In this document: piece after piece, positions 26,866 to 38,905 of the stretch | Layout: each line of letters opens with the position of its first letter | How positions within the stretch are numbered: the first letter of the stretch is position 1 | NCBI RefSeq assembly: GCF_006345805.1 | Contig: NC_043003.1 | Location: 68,572,001 to 68,636,000 of the forward strand | DNA length: 64,000 nt | Direction of reading: 5' to 3' | Origin: Octopus sinensis | Taxonomy: Eukaryota | The notes under the pieces: generated by a model | Told to the model about the DNA's origin: nothing | Database searches by the model: none | The model's input: the letters and a program-made list of their open reading frames with translations, nothing else | Position numbers and translations under genes: made by a program

Positions 26866-27864
26866 CTGCCAGGTGGTTAAGGTTATTAATTTTAGATATT
26901 ATAGGCCAGAGAGAATTATTTATTTGTGTAACTCTACATTTTCCTTTCAGTCATTAGAAATCAGGCCGCCTTATTTATGTGTTGACCGTGATAATTAAAT
27001 TCTAAGTCAAGTATTCTTTACCTGAATCAAAATATTTTTTGTTTGTTAATTCTTAATTTAGTTGATATTTGTTATACAGCATAATACTAAAATATACACA
27101 CAAACAGCAAGCGGAAATCAGAAACATCTCATTTCTAAATGATTGTACATATATTTGAAGGTGGAAATTCAAATTCAGGCAGCAACATCAACTCGAATCA
27201 AATTATGGTAAATTTGCCAAATTTAGGTGTTTCTAACAGAAGAAAACTTCAATTCATCCTGAAGACAAAGGCATAAAGGTCTAGAAATTTCATCGTATAT
27301 TTACGAAATGCAATGCACCAAATAATGGTAAACTCTCATGGAAGACACACCACACCATAGACTTATAAATATCACTTATCAATATACATATATCCCTTTT
27401 TTTTTAGATGAAGCACACACTAAGAAGTATAGCAGTCTATATTTATTACTTGCGAAGGCTAGTTTATACAGTTACCCTCTGTTTCTACCATAAAGGGTAC
27501 CTTTATGGCGTATCTTCAGACCCTAAGATCTGTTGGCCTATGGCCTCTTTAAAATATTGAGGGGATAACGATACAGATATAAACAATGGGGATTATCTAC
27601 TTTTGCAGCCGGCTATGTCGTCCTCCTTCAGCAACGCCACCTGTCGGCTATGAGAGTAAAAGGGTAAAATGTCGGGTTATCTCCCACTCTCATCAGCAAT
27701 TAATTTCCAGCTGTGGTGTAATTATCGCTAATACCACTATTATCGCTATTATGCAGTTAGTAAAATGCTAACAGGAATCTCCTGAAATGCAATCACAATC
27801 CAGTACTGCTCTCAAGCAATGGAGATGGAGATGAAGTTCGAGGACAAAATAGCACAAACACTCA

Positions 27865-28597
27865 CACATACATACATGGTGGCTGCCCCCTCGTTATCGA
27901 GTAAGGCCATTGCATGAAGCTTAATCAATGTTGTTATCGTGCAATGCCTGTGCAAGAATATTTTTTTTAAAGTGAGGAAAGGGTGTGCACTGAGTGAGTC
28001 AATCCCACTGGATTGTGGCAGTGACTTCGAAGTTTCTATGGAGTGAAACTCTGAAAAGATATTTTCATTGGAAAACTTATACACGCAAAAATACATGGTG
28101 GCTGTCCCCTCGTTATCGAGTATGGCCATTGCACGAAGCAATGTGCAAGAAGATTTTTTCTTAAGTGAGGAAAGGCTGTGCACTGAGTCAATCCCTCTCA
28201 CTAAGCAACAGCAGCCATAATCCGAAAAGTAGAACAAGTCAACATCATCGGTAACCACTGAGCCGCAGGTTTTCTGTCGGAGTTATCCCAGTTACTTGAG
28301 TTACCTTCTCCTAGAAGGATGCCCTAACAAAGGCCAGGAGTCCTTCACTCCCAATGGTTTAACCGCGCGATCGGGTATTCAGTCCGACTATTTCTATGTC
28401 CCCGCGCATGATACAGTTGACTCTCAACAGTTCCTCTGCCCTTTGACGGGTTTTGTTTTTCATCCCGCACGGTGTCCAATAAACACCCTCCTCACCAGGC
28501 AAGCTTGGTGGGGTTGCCGATTTAGTCGTTGACGATCCGACCATGCAACAGGTTGTACTGGGTTACATGTTACCAGTAGCACTTGAAAGTGACCTGA
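27865..28597 (-). mobile_element. Probable non-autonomous RTE-derived element with duplicated 3' segment
   Basis: GC-richer non-coding block with GGCCTTTGTTAGGGCATCCTTCTAGGAGAAGGTAA on the minus strand (RTE 5'UTR-like, from recall). Segment ~27872-28005 is repeated at ~28091-28195 and ends in a (TATG)-type tail. Confidence 0.45.
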
Positions 28598-28740
28598 CAT
28601 ACATTCATACATACATACATAAACAAAAATATGCATAGATACTTATATACAAACATATAAACTTACAGACACATAGACAAAATATTTATATACATGTATT
28701 CATAAAAACCTACAAACATACATAGACGCATAGATATATA

Positions 28741-28976
28741 CAGTAACCCTCTCGCTATATCGTGGTTCACCGATCTTGATTTACTTATCACGGTTTAGGG
28801 TTTAAGCTTACGCAGGCCCCTCCGTAGTGTTGTTTTGCATTCATAATAAAATAAATAATTACAAATTATCATTTTTTTTTTTTAATATACAGTACAGTAC
28901 TGTTTCTACTTCGCGGATTTCCACCTATCGCGGGGGGTTATTGAACCTAACACCCGCGATAGTGGACGGATTACTG
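28741..28976. mobile_element. pogo/Tigger-like MITE
   Basis: TA + CAGTAACCCTCTCGCTATATCG ... CGCGATAGTGGACGGATTACTG. Confidence 0.75.
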
Positions 28977-29019
28977 AACATACATTTATACATCTATACA
29001 TATTACACGACATACATCC

Positions 29020-29460
29020 AGACAGTTTCCGTCTACCAGATTCGCTCGCAAGATATTGGTCAGCCCGGGGCCATAGTAGAAGTCTCTTTCTCTACGGTAC
29101 CGTGCAGTGGAGCTGAATCCTAACCCACGTGGCTGCAAAGCAATCTGCTTAATCACTCAGTCCAAAAGATTTATACTCTTTAACTTAATATACTTGCATT
29201 TTTTTTTTATGGGAACATTACTTGCAGAAACAGTTTTACACCTGTAAACATGCAACTGTTTCTCTTTGCTCGCTATATCGTTTAGCCAAAGATTTGTGAA
29301 CAGCGGTGTTCTTGTTGTGACCATATTCAGATTTGTTGCACCCAAGGCCATATTACCAATACCGTTCTTTTATTCTTTTAACGGTTTCAGTCATAGGACT
29401 GCGACCATGCTGGAGCACCGCCTTAATTTATTTTCTATCAGTTTTGCTGGCGCTTTATGA
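29020..29460 (-). mobile_element. SINE family A head (29020-29160) and tail (29365-29460) fragments
   Basis: CAGTTTCCGTCTACC... and GTTTCAGTCATAGGACTGCGACCATGCTGGAGCACCGCC are reverse complements of parts of 4200-4587. Confidence 0.7.
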
Positions 29461-30449
29461 CTGCAAGTTGGTCTACGATTACGTTTGTAGCAGATGATCT
29501 TCCTGAAGTGTATCCTTGAATTGTTGACTAGTCCAGTATCGTCGCTAGGAGATTATCCAATGTTTTTTTTAATGCTTTAGTTGAGGTTCTTTCTATATTT
29601 CTGATTTCTTTAGATGAGTATATGAACAATTAATATTCTAATACAATAGCGTGTTTTTGCTCTTGATTTCGAGGGTGGTATATTTAGAAGCTGACAGAAT
29701 GTACCAGTTCGAGAATAAGGTGCAACTTCTAGCATCTAGAAATTGTTTGTATTTTGTATGTAGGTTGAAGATGAAGAGCAGAAGGTAAAAGAGGGAGGGA
29801 AGTGGCAGAAGTTTAGAAACAAACGTATAAAGAAACTGGGAGAGAAAGGGAAAAGAAATTAATGTTAGAAAAATAAACGAAGATACCTGAAACGAATAAA
29901 GCGAGAAAGAGAGGTAGAAGGGTAAACAGTTATCTTACTAAAGAAGGAAAAAACGGATTAGGATAAAAATTAGAGAATAAGACAGAGAAACAAAGAATCA
30001 ATTGTCTACGTATATGTCTACATATATGTGTGTGAGTGGATGCGAGTGTATGAATGTTTATATGTGTATTTTATATATATATACGCATACACACATATAT
30101 ATTTACAATATACTGAATATATTTGTGCAAGTGTATGTAAATAAATATATACATATATATGCATATATATATATCTGTGTGTGTGTGTGTGTGGGTGTTT
30201 GTGTGTTTATTTGTCTATACATATATATATATATAGATAGAAACTCACATACACAATCACCCACACACACACACACATATATATATATGAATATGCATAT
30301 ACATATATGTGTGTGCGCCTATGTGTGTGTCGAAACATTAACGTGTGACATTTAATTTTTCATCTTTATAAACTTTTTTTTAATTTTAAATTGCTATTAT
30401 ATAAACAAATAGGTTATTAAGAAAGAAAATGATGTCTCCAACGCTACCG

Positions 30450-30473
30450 GTTACTATAGCAACCAGTGGCAAC
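30450..30473. promoter_or_regulatory. Canonical RFX X-box plus adjacent half site
   Basis: GTTACT-AT-AGCAAC (30450-30463) fits the X-box consensus GTHNYY-AT-RRNAAC. It is followed by GTGGCAAC. Confidence 0.4.
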
Positions 30474-31102
30474 ATTGATTTCTTCAATCTTTATAGAAAA
30501 ATTTACGCTACAAGCAAGATTTGGAAATAAATAAATTCTTTATTTTATATAATAATTTATAGATCTTTTACATTCTGGCGCAAACAAAAACTCAAATATA
30601 ATTGATATTATTTTATTTCTTTGCGAATTGCAGTCCATTTGTAATATGCGAGCCTAAATTACTTTTGATTAATTTTCTCTGAACTAGTTCGGTCTATTGT
30701 TTCACCTGCTTAAAGAAAAGGTTGGATAAGAATCAATATGCAGCAATCGATATTGCATTTAATCTCCTTCAGAACGACGAAATTATTACGAAAATATAGT
30801 AAGGACAAGATGATCGATTGTACGAATTCTCGTTATCACATTTTTAATAAAGAAACACCAAGAAACAAACACGTACACTACATGTATATGCGTGAGTGTA
30901 CGTATGTGTGTAGAATGGTGCATGTGTGTTACCAAGCTTAGCACGAACGTAGATTATGCAATTCTTAGAATGAATGTTTTTTTTTTTGTGTGTATGTATG
31001 TACTCCATATCTGCTTCTTTTCGAAATTTGTAGATAGATAGATAAATTGATAGCGAGATAGGTAGATAGAGAGAGAGACAGTCAGACAGCGATAACACAC
31101 AA

Positions 31103-31179
<77 letters not shown>

Positions 31180-31269
31180 TATATATGTATGTATGTATGT
31201 ATATAATCTTGGTCCATATATACATGACTGTATACATGTGTAGATATATAAATACATGCATACATACAG

Positions 31270-31348
<79 letters not shown>

Positions 31349-31476
31349 GTTAGATAGATAGAAAACCGATGGACGGACAGACAGAGAGACAGTTGGACAA
31401 ACATACAGGCAGACAGATGGACGAACGAGCAGACACACAAACAGACAAATATATAGATAGATAGATAGACAGATAG

Positions 31477-31563
<87 letters not shown>

Positions 31564-31987
31564 CTTATATACATACACACACGCGCGCATGTATATGTCT
31601 ATCTGTATGTATGTTGTATATGTGTATACATATGTATGCATACATGTATGTATATATCAATGAATTGACAAATGAACAGTATTTACGTTATCAGTTTCAA
31701 TTGCTTAAAGCTATTTTCATTGTAAGCAAGCGTGCACCCTGAGCTAAGTTCCGGTACATCTTCCAAAAAAAAAAACACCTTGAAGACACGATTGGCGACA
31801 TTGCACTTAGTTATTGCAATATTTAATCATATTTTTTCAGCGATCTTAGTGAGTTAAAAAGACCTCTTCAAAATAAAAATAACACTTCTGTCTGCATTTC
31901 CTGTCCAGATTTTTTACTGATGTATATTATGCAAAGATGAATTTCAAATAACACTGTAGTATATACCTGTCATTGTTTAATGACATA

Positions 31988-32526
31988 TATTGAGTTGTCC
32001 GGAAAGTTCGTGCCGATTTATAGTAGCTTACCTTTCGACATGGTTCAGCCCACAAAATAGGATTTGACTACACCTCCATTTAGAGCACAGATTAAGCTAT
32101 CTTTTCGTGGAAGAAGGTTTACGCTCCTCTAACCTGTGTTAATTCTGTAACCCTTTAAAATGAAAGATAAGAAAATTCGTGATGCTTTGGGAACCAGACT
32201 AATATTGCTGCAGCACGGCTGGGATGTGTTAACCCACTCTCCGTATTCACCAGGTATTGCTCCTTCGAATTTCCACTTATTCAGGTCTCTGCAGGATAGT
32301 CTTAATGTTAAACATTTAAATTCCTTGGATGACTTAAAAAGATACATTGATGTATTCTTTGCAATGAAACCACCTTAATTCTTGGAAGAGGGTATGTTCA
32401 AGTTAATGGAAACGCATTATTCAAGAAAGTGGTTCCTATTTGGTCGATTAAAAATGTAATGGCAAGTATTTATTGTCCTTTTTTCTTCCTTTAAAAATCG
32501 GCACAAACTTTCTGGACAACCCAATA
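31988..32526 (+). mobile_element. Internally deleted mariner element (MITE-sized)
   Basis: TIRs TATTGAGTTGTCCGGAAAGTTCGTGCCGATTT / AAATCGGCACAAACTTTCTGGACAACCCAATA. ORF 32160-32378 contains GWDVLTHSPYSPGIAPSNFHLFRSL (YSPDLAP.D motif). Confidence 0.92.
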
Positions 32527-35030
32527 CATGTGATATTGCGCATTGAGATATGTGACATAACCATATAAAAGAGAGCAATGTCACATATCTACTGAACATG
32601 AGTTACCTGACTTAGCGTGATCATCGCATTATGAGTGTATTTAACTAAACTAGTTATGAAAGCTGCAGAGGAAAACAGAATTGCTCATTGAATATTCTAT
32701 AGCAGAAAATTAGGGAAATTGTTTTCCTTTCAAACCAAGTAGAAACTCCCAGCTCTGTATTAAGCCAACTCTATGTTTTACTGTATTCAAACTCAACGTT
32801 GGTGTTCTCCATTTTGTTAGCATGCGATGCTGAAATAATGGCATTCAGTAAAGCAAACAAAACCCATTCACGTGGAGAGTGACGCGCTCTATGTTTGGAA
32901 GGTGTAGTTAAGTCTCCCCAACCAAGTTATTCAAGGGGAATAAGGCAATACCTGCATTATACAATGGAATTTACAATGCAATAACCAGGTTTCTGTTCAA
33001 AGAACTAACGTATTCTCTCATTTATTTTCCTGTTTTTCATCATGTTTGGACATGTTTCATGTATAACATTTCCTTTTGACTTTTTTCTATTTGAACGTCA
33101 CAAAGCTTAGATATGATCCCGACAAACATTATCTTAAGGTGTTCATGCCGCTTAGGTAGTTGTTTCTTTGTTTACAACTTCTATTTGCAACTTTAAACCG
33201 GGGTTAATAGCCTTCAGAGGTTAACTCACCGTTGGTGTAGAAATAAGCGCTAAATGTTCAGATTCCGTACCACTACTCATTAATGGTTTGTCGTAATGCT
33301 TTTATCCTTCATTCCAAATAGGAGTCAATGTCTTCGTAAGTTTACATCACCATTAATATAATTTAAATTGAATTTAAATACAAGTATTATTTCAGTGGTG
33401 AACGCTTTTTTACAAAATGAGGATGACTTCTCTACATATCCATAAAAATACATTTCAAATCCATACTTGGGGAGAACTCAACGTTATAAATGAAGATCAC
33501 ATCTAGATATGTTACTTAGTTGAATAAGAATGAACTCTACTTTGTTGTTCCTAATTAGGTCGAACTTTGAATGAATATTCTTCAGAATATAACTATGAGC
33601 ACCTGATCAATTGTATGAATATATCACTTTACATTATGGATAAAAAGAAAACTGAAATCCTCTTGCGTAATGACTGAAAATCACCGAAAATTTTATTGAA
33701 TGGGAGGGACAAACCCAACTACATCTAACGGAGTGCCGCCAACCAATCGAGCCAACAAAACGTTTTCTGTCTTCCAGTACTGTCACGTCATGCACAAAAA
33801 CTTCTATATACCAACATACCTTTATATATACAGAACCAAAGAGGAATGTATGTACATCCAATAACCATCGTTGGTTGAATGCGAAACACAGACTTCTTGA
33901 ATGGCTGTCTTGTATTTCATTGACTCGGCAAGTTATGACTGCTTATGTCATTAACGCTCTGAGCATATAAATTTACAGATAACGTTATTGATACCCACCA
34001 CCACCACCACTGCAAATTCAAATCTTCGAGCTTACGTAGGAAATCAATATCTACTTTTCAAAATTGCCTTATTTTGTCTGAACAGTTTTAATGTTATATT
34101 GCAGCAAACATTAATACTTGACTGACGTTGGATCGGAATATTAACTTTCAGAAAGAAAGCGTTTGTCGGCAGTTATGAATAAAAGAATACTTTGTCAAGA
34201 TACGAACATTATGAGAAATGTGGATTGAAATTTGCAAAGAAGAGAAAAGATTGAGCAGAAGATGTAATGAGAAGCAGAGAAATCTATAATATTTTCTAAT
34301 TTATTTTTAAATGTAGTTTATTTCTAGTATTGAATCAAATAATTGTAGGGAAGACGATAACATTTATAAAATGGGATGAACCATGTCAACCAACATAAAC
34401 TATATAAAATGCCGAGGATATGCAATAAAATTCAGCAGACATTTTTAATGAAATGTGTGGGGAATGTTTCGAAAGTAATGTTTTTGATTTATCATTCAGC
34501 ATTTGAAATTTAGATTCAGAACATAATGGAATTTGCGCATTATAGTTTTAGGATCAGCGAGATTAGTTGAGTAAAGGATGGAGTTATCATCAGACTGAAA
34601 AGCTGTTTTAAAATGGTTGCCACGGTGAGAACCCTATTTAAGTTAGTTAAGAGCGAGATGATAACGTGAACTCAGGACCCTAGATTTTATTCACAATAAT
34701 AGTTACTGGTAAACTTATTTACGAAATTATCTATCTGCCTTATGAATCTAATGAACAGGATCTCTTGAATACCGCCGAACACAGGCAGATTCCATTACTG
34801 GATACTATAGCGGAAATCGGTTGGATATCATTACATCCATAAAATATGTATATATATATTTCAAAAAATTTCTTTATAGAACGATATTAAACTGTGTAAA
34901 ACGAAGGTATTTCTCTTCCACTTATTATATATAATTTCCACATATTTTCAACTTATAATTTTGCCACGTGGTGTATACTGAATCGCCAGTATTTTTACTC
35001 TTTTATATTTTTATATTAGTAAATATATAT

Positions 35031-36215
35031 ACTGCGTGACCTTGGCATAGCTGGAAAATTTAGAGAGTGGTTACATGACTTCCTGAAAGACAGGAGTCAG
35101 GCAATAGTGGCTAATGGAGCCACCTCTATGAACACACAAATAGTGAGCGGTGTTCCACAGGGCATTGTCTTGGGACCACTGCTTTTTATAGAGACCCTCT
35201 CAGATATGCCCTCAAATGCCCGGATAGCCACCCTTGCAAGCTATGCAGATGATACGAAAGTCTCGCAGAAAATACAGAACCCCAGCGATGTTGCCCACCA
35301 GCAGGAGTTGGACTCAATTTATAGATGGGCTGAGGATAATAATATACAGTTTAATGTTGACAAATTCCAAGCCCTGGGCTAGCAGCATCCAAAACTGAAT
35401 ATGAAACTTACAGGGTACACCGGTCCACATGGAATTTCAATCCCAGAGCCTAAGTCAGTGAGGGACCTGGGTATCGACATGAGTGATGATACCTCTTTCC
35501 AAGTGCACATTACCAGGATGGCGACAAGGTGCAGACGATTGACTGGATGGATCCTAAGAACATTCAGAACCAGAGATAAGGAAACCCTGATGGTCCTCCG
35601 GCGGACATTCATCCTCAGCCGTCTGGATTACTTCTCACAGCTATGGTCACCCACCAGTGTGAAATTAACAGCGGACCTTGAAGCAATCCAGAGAAGATTC
35701 ACAAAGAAGATCTCTCTTTGCAACAGCTCAGCTACTGGGAAAGGCTGAAACAGTTAAGACTCTACTCCATGGAGAGGAGACGGAAGAGGTATGCAGTAAT
35801 ATATATCTGGAAGATCCTGGAAGGAATAGTGACAAATTTTGGCATTGAAAGCTACACCAGTGCCAGAACGGGACGACACTGCATAGTGCTGAAGGCCCCA
35901 GCAATGCCATCACGCTTCAGGACCAGTTACTGCAACAGCCTGGGTTCCAAGGGCCCACAGCTTTTTAATATTCTCCGAAAGAGTCTGAAGAACTTGCACA
36001 AAGTAGATGTAGGGGATTTTAAATCAAAGCTGGACATCTCCCTGTCGAGAGTACCAGAAGAACCAGCATCACGGCAAGAGGTGCAAATGATTGTAGCTAT
36101 ATCAAACTCAGTGCTTCACCAACTGCCACATGTTAGAGGCGACTCAGTAATAAAAGTGTAGCAAAACGACGGTGCATCAGCATGGCCACAGCTCTGAGCT
36201 GTAACTAAAGAAAAC
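35031..36215 (+). mobile_element. 5'-truncated CR1/L2-group LINE (RT domain and C-terminus)
   Basis: SGVPQGIVLGPLLF...YADD, VRDLGI, ILSRLDY...W, YWERLKQLRLYSMERRR. 3' tail GACGGTGCATCAGCATGGCCACAGCTCTGAGCTG. Same family as 13401-14356. Confidence 0.93.
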
Positions 36216-37667
36216 AATATATATATATATATGTGTATGTATGTATATATGTATGTATGCATGTATGTATGTAAGTATGTGTGTGTATGTATGTCTCTTC
36301 TATTTTTCATTTATTATACATCTTTTAGAGAGGAGGGAACCGGTTTCCAAGAAAGATACAAGATTTCATATGTGGGATGTATGTATGTATGTATGTATGT
36401 ATGTATGTATGTATTTATGTATGTATGTATGTGAATGCATAAGGCAGAAATATACCACTCTTGTCTTGATGAAACCGCGCTAACATGAAAATCCTGACTA
36501 TATCATATGTCCTCGTCTGACATCGTCACAGAACACTAAAATTATCAAAATGAATTACGTTCAATTAATATTTTATTTTTTAACTTTTGAGGATAATAAT
36601 TTCAATAAAACAAAGTTAAATTGATTTATTTAATAAAAATTATTCATCTTGTTTGACATTCACAAACTGAAGTTAATCATAATATGTTGTTTTATTATTT
36701 TATTCATATGAGTGATCTTTTAAATTCTCCGTCATCAAACAGATTATAATTCGCTTAATTACAAATTCAAGTTGCTGTCAAAGAAATGATGAATAAAGCT
36801 TTTAAATAAAAGAAATAAAACAGTTTTAAGATAAGAAAACGTTTTGTGATATGATATTTCTATTTGCAAGAGATGGCTTATCTGGTTCAATTCGCTTAGA
36901 TTCGCTTCTTGTATTGAACCAAAACCAACACTATGGTATTTGATATAAATTACGCAGCCGGGAAAGAAACGATACGAAGATTGTAGTAAGACGACTGGAA
37001 ACCATTTAAGATAGAACTAATTACAACATTGCATAATATAAAATTCCGTATTTCAACATTAGCGCGATCTGTATTGGTTAATACAAAATCGTATCTAAGT
37101 CAGCTATCACATACAGATACATACACAGCATGGTACAGAGTAGCACATATCTAGAGAACCCAACATACCACATACACACGAGCGCGTGCGGAAAACAACG
37201 CTCATATATATATATATATCTTTGTGTGTGCGTATGTATGTATGTATATATGTATGTATGTGTATATGTGCGGTGTGAGATTACGAGGCCAGCAAGCTCC
37301 GATCAACTGAAGCGATTATAGAAAATTTAAAAAACAAAGTGAGGAACAGCACGTCAGTGGAGCAAAGACTAACGTGTGTCCATATGTGATTGTATACCAC
37401 TCAATCGAGTGGCCATCGTTTGGTTGCGGTCCAGAATATATATGTCCATAGCATCAGTACTGCCGAAAATTCCAAGAAGTGTAGCTAACTATGGGCGCGA
37501 ATTCTGCTCTCTAGGGTCAGCAGCTGCTGAGGTTTAAATAGTTCCTATCTGTGAAGAGAGGTCGACGTTTGGTATGCCGTCCTAGGTATTCGCAAGTCTA
37601 GGTTTCTCCACAAAAGTTGCTTATAGATTGCGACGCTCGGTATCTACATCAACTGTGTAGCAAATTC

Positions 37668-37960
37668 ACGTGGCTTAGTGGTTAGGGTACTCGGTTCACG
37701 ATCGTAAGGTCATGTGTTCGATTTCTGACGGCGCGTTGTGTTCTGGAGCAAAATATCTTATTTCCCGTTGCTTCTATCGACTCAGCTGGCAAAAATTAGT
37801 TGCACTTAAGATTCAAAAGGACAGCCTTGTCACATTCTCTGTTACCTTGAATCTCCGTAAGAACTGCATTAAGGGCACATGTATCAATGGGTTACTCAGC
37901 CACTTGCACGTTAATTTCCCGAGCAGACTGTTCGCTGATCAGATCAACTGACGGTGTGCC
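37668..37960 (+). mobile_element. tRNA-derived SINE family D
   Basis: A box TGGCTTAGTGG and B-box-like GTTCGATTTC. Body shared with 16121-16645, 17822-18115 and 41736-41910. Confidence 0.85.
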
Positions 37961-38095
37961 AAAGCCACTATGAGGGTTTCAGCTTAATGCCACCCCTACA
38001 TTCTTTCTATACTGAAAGAAAAAAAGACAGACATACTCCACTGAGCCCTTCTCTTAGTCTGTGTTGTGGAATCAGAGTAGATCTGGTACATATAT

Positions 38096-38150
<55 letters not shown>

Positions 38151-38179
38151 GCATAATGTATACATATACATATGCATAG

Positions 38180-38220
<41 letters not shown>

Positions 38221-38223
<3 letters not shown>

Positions 38224-38536
38224 GAAATGAAGAAAATGCTGACAAAATAATTTAAGTAAGGGAGAGTGTATTTAATTAGGTGAAAGTTCTTTTTACCGGT
38301 TGCGCATTTGTTATGCTTATCAAAAGATATTTTTAAAGAGAGATAGAGTTCCTTTCTGATAGATTTTTTCTCTTATCTGATAAGTGAAAAAAATATATCA
38401 GAAAGGAACTCTATCTCTCTTAAAAAATATCTTTTGATAAGCATAACAAATGCGCAACCGGTAAAAAGAACTTTCACCTAATTAAATACACTCTCCCTTA
38501 CTTAAATTATTTTGTCAGCATTTTCTTCATTTCCTT
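38221..38536. mobile_element. Near-perfect 316-bp palindrome carrying an HHR-like motif in each arm
   Basis: Arms 38221-38377 / 38379-38536 with a 1-nt centre (CTTATC-T-GATAAG) and only a few mismatches. The right arm at 38430-38469 reads TCTT-TTGATAA-GCAT-AACAA-ATGC-GCAAC-CG-GTA-AAAAGA. Flanked by (TA)n. Confidence 0.9.
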
Positions 38537-38859
38537 TTTTTATATATCACAACTCGTGTTTCACATCTCCTTTTTTAAATTTATATATATATATATAGGT
38601 TATAAAATGAGATAGGGGTTGAAAATTCAACCCACCATGGGATAACATATATCCATTATACTGCTAGAGAGGTACCCAACAAGAGTAATACATAGATGTT
38701 AAAATTTGCCAAGCAATTAGTTCATCTACTGTATTATATGGGCAAAGGTAAGAATATTACCGTTACTTTTCTCCATTTTCTAATTTTGTAGTATTATATA
38801 TATATATATATAAGTATGTATGTATATATATATGCGTGTGTGTATTTGTGTGTGTGTCA

Positions 38860-38899
<40 letters not shown>

Positions 38900-38905
<6 letters not shown>

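Noticed and set aside
34350-34830. Possible decayed CR1-like RT upstream of the 35-kb LINE (also 18130-18960)
   Set aside because: Only vague motif echoes; not supportable.
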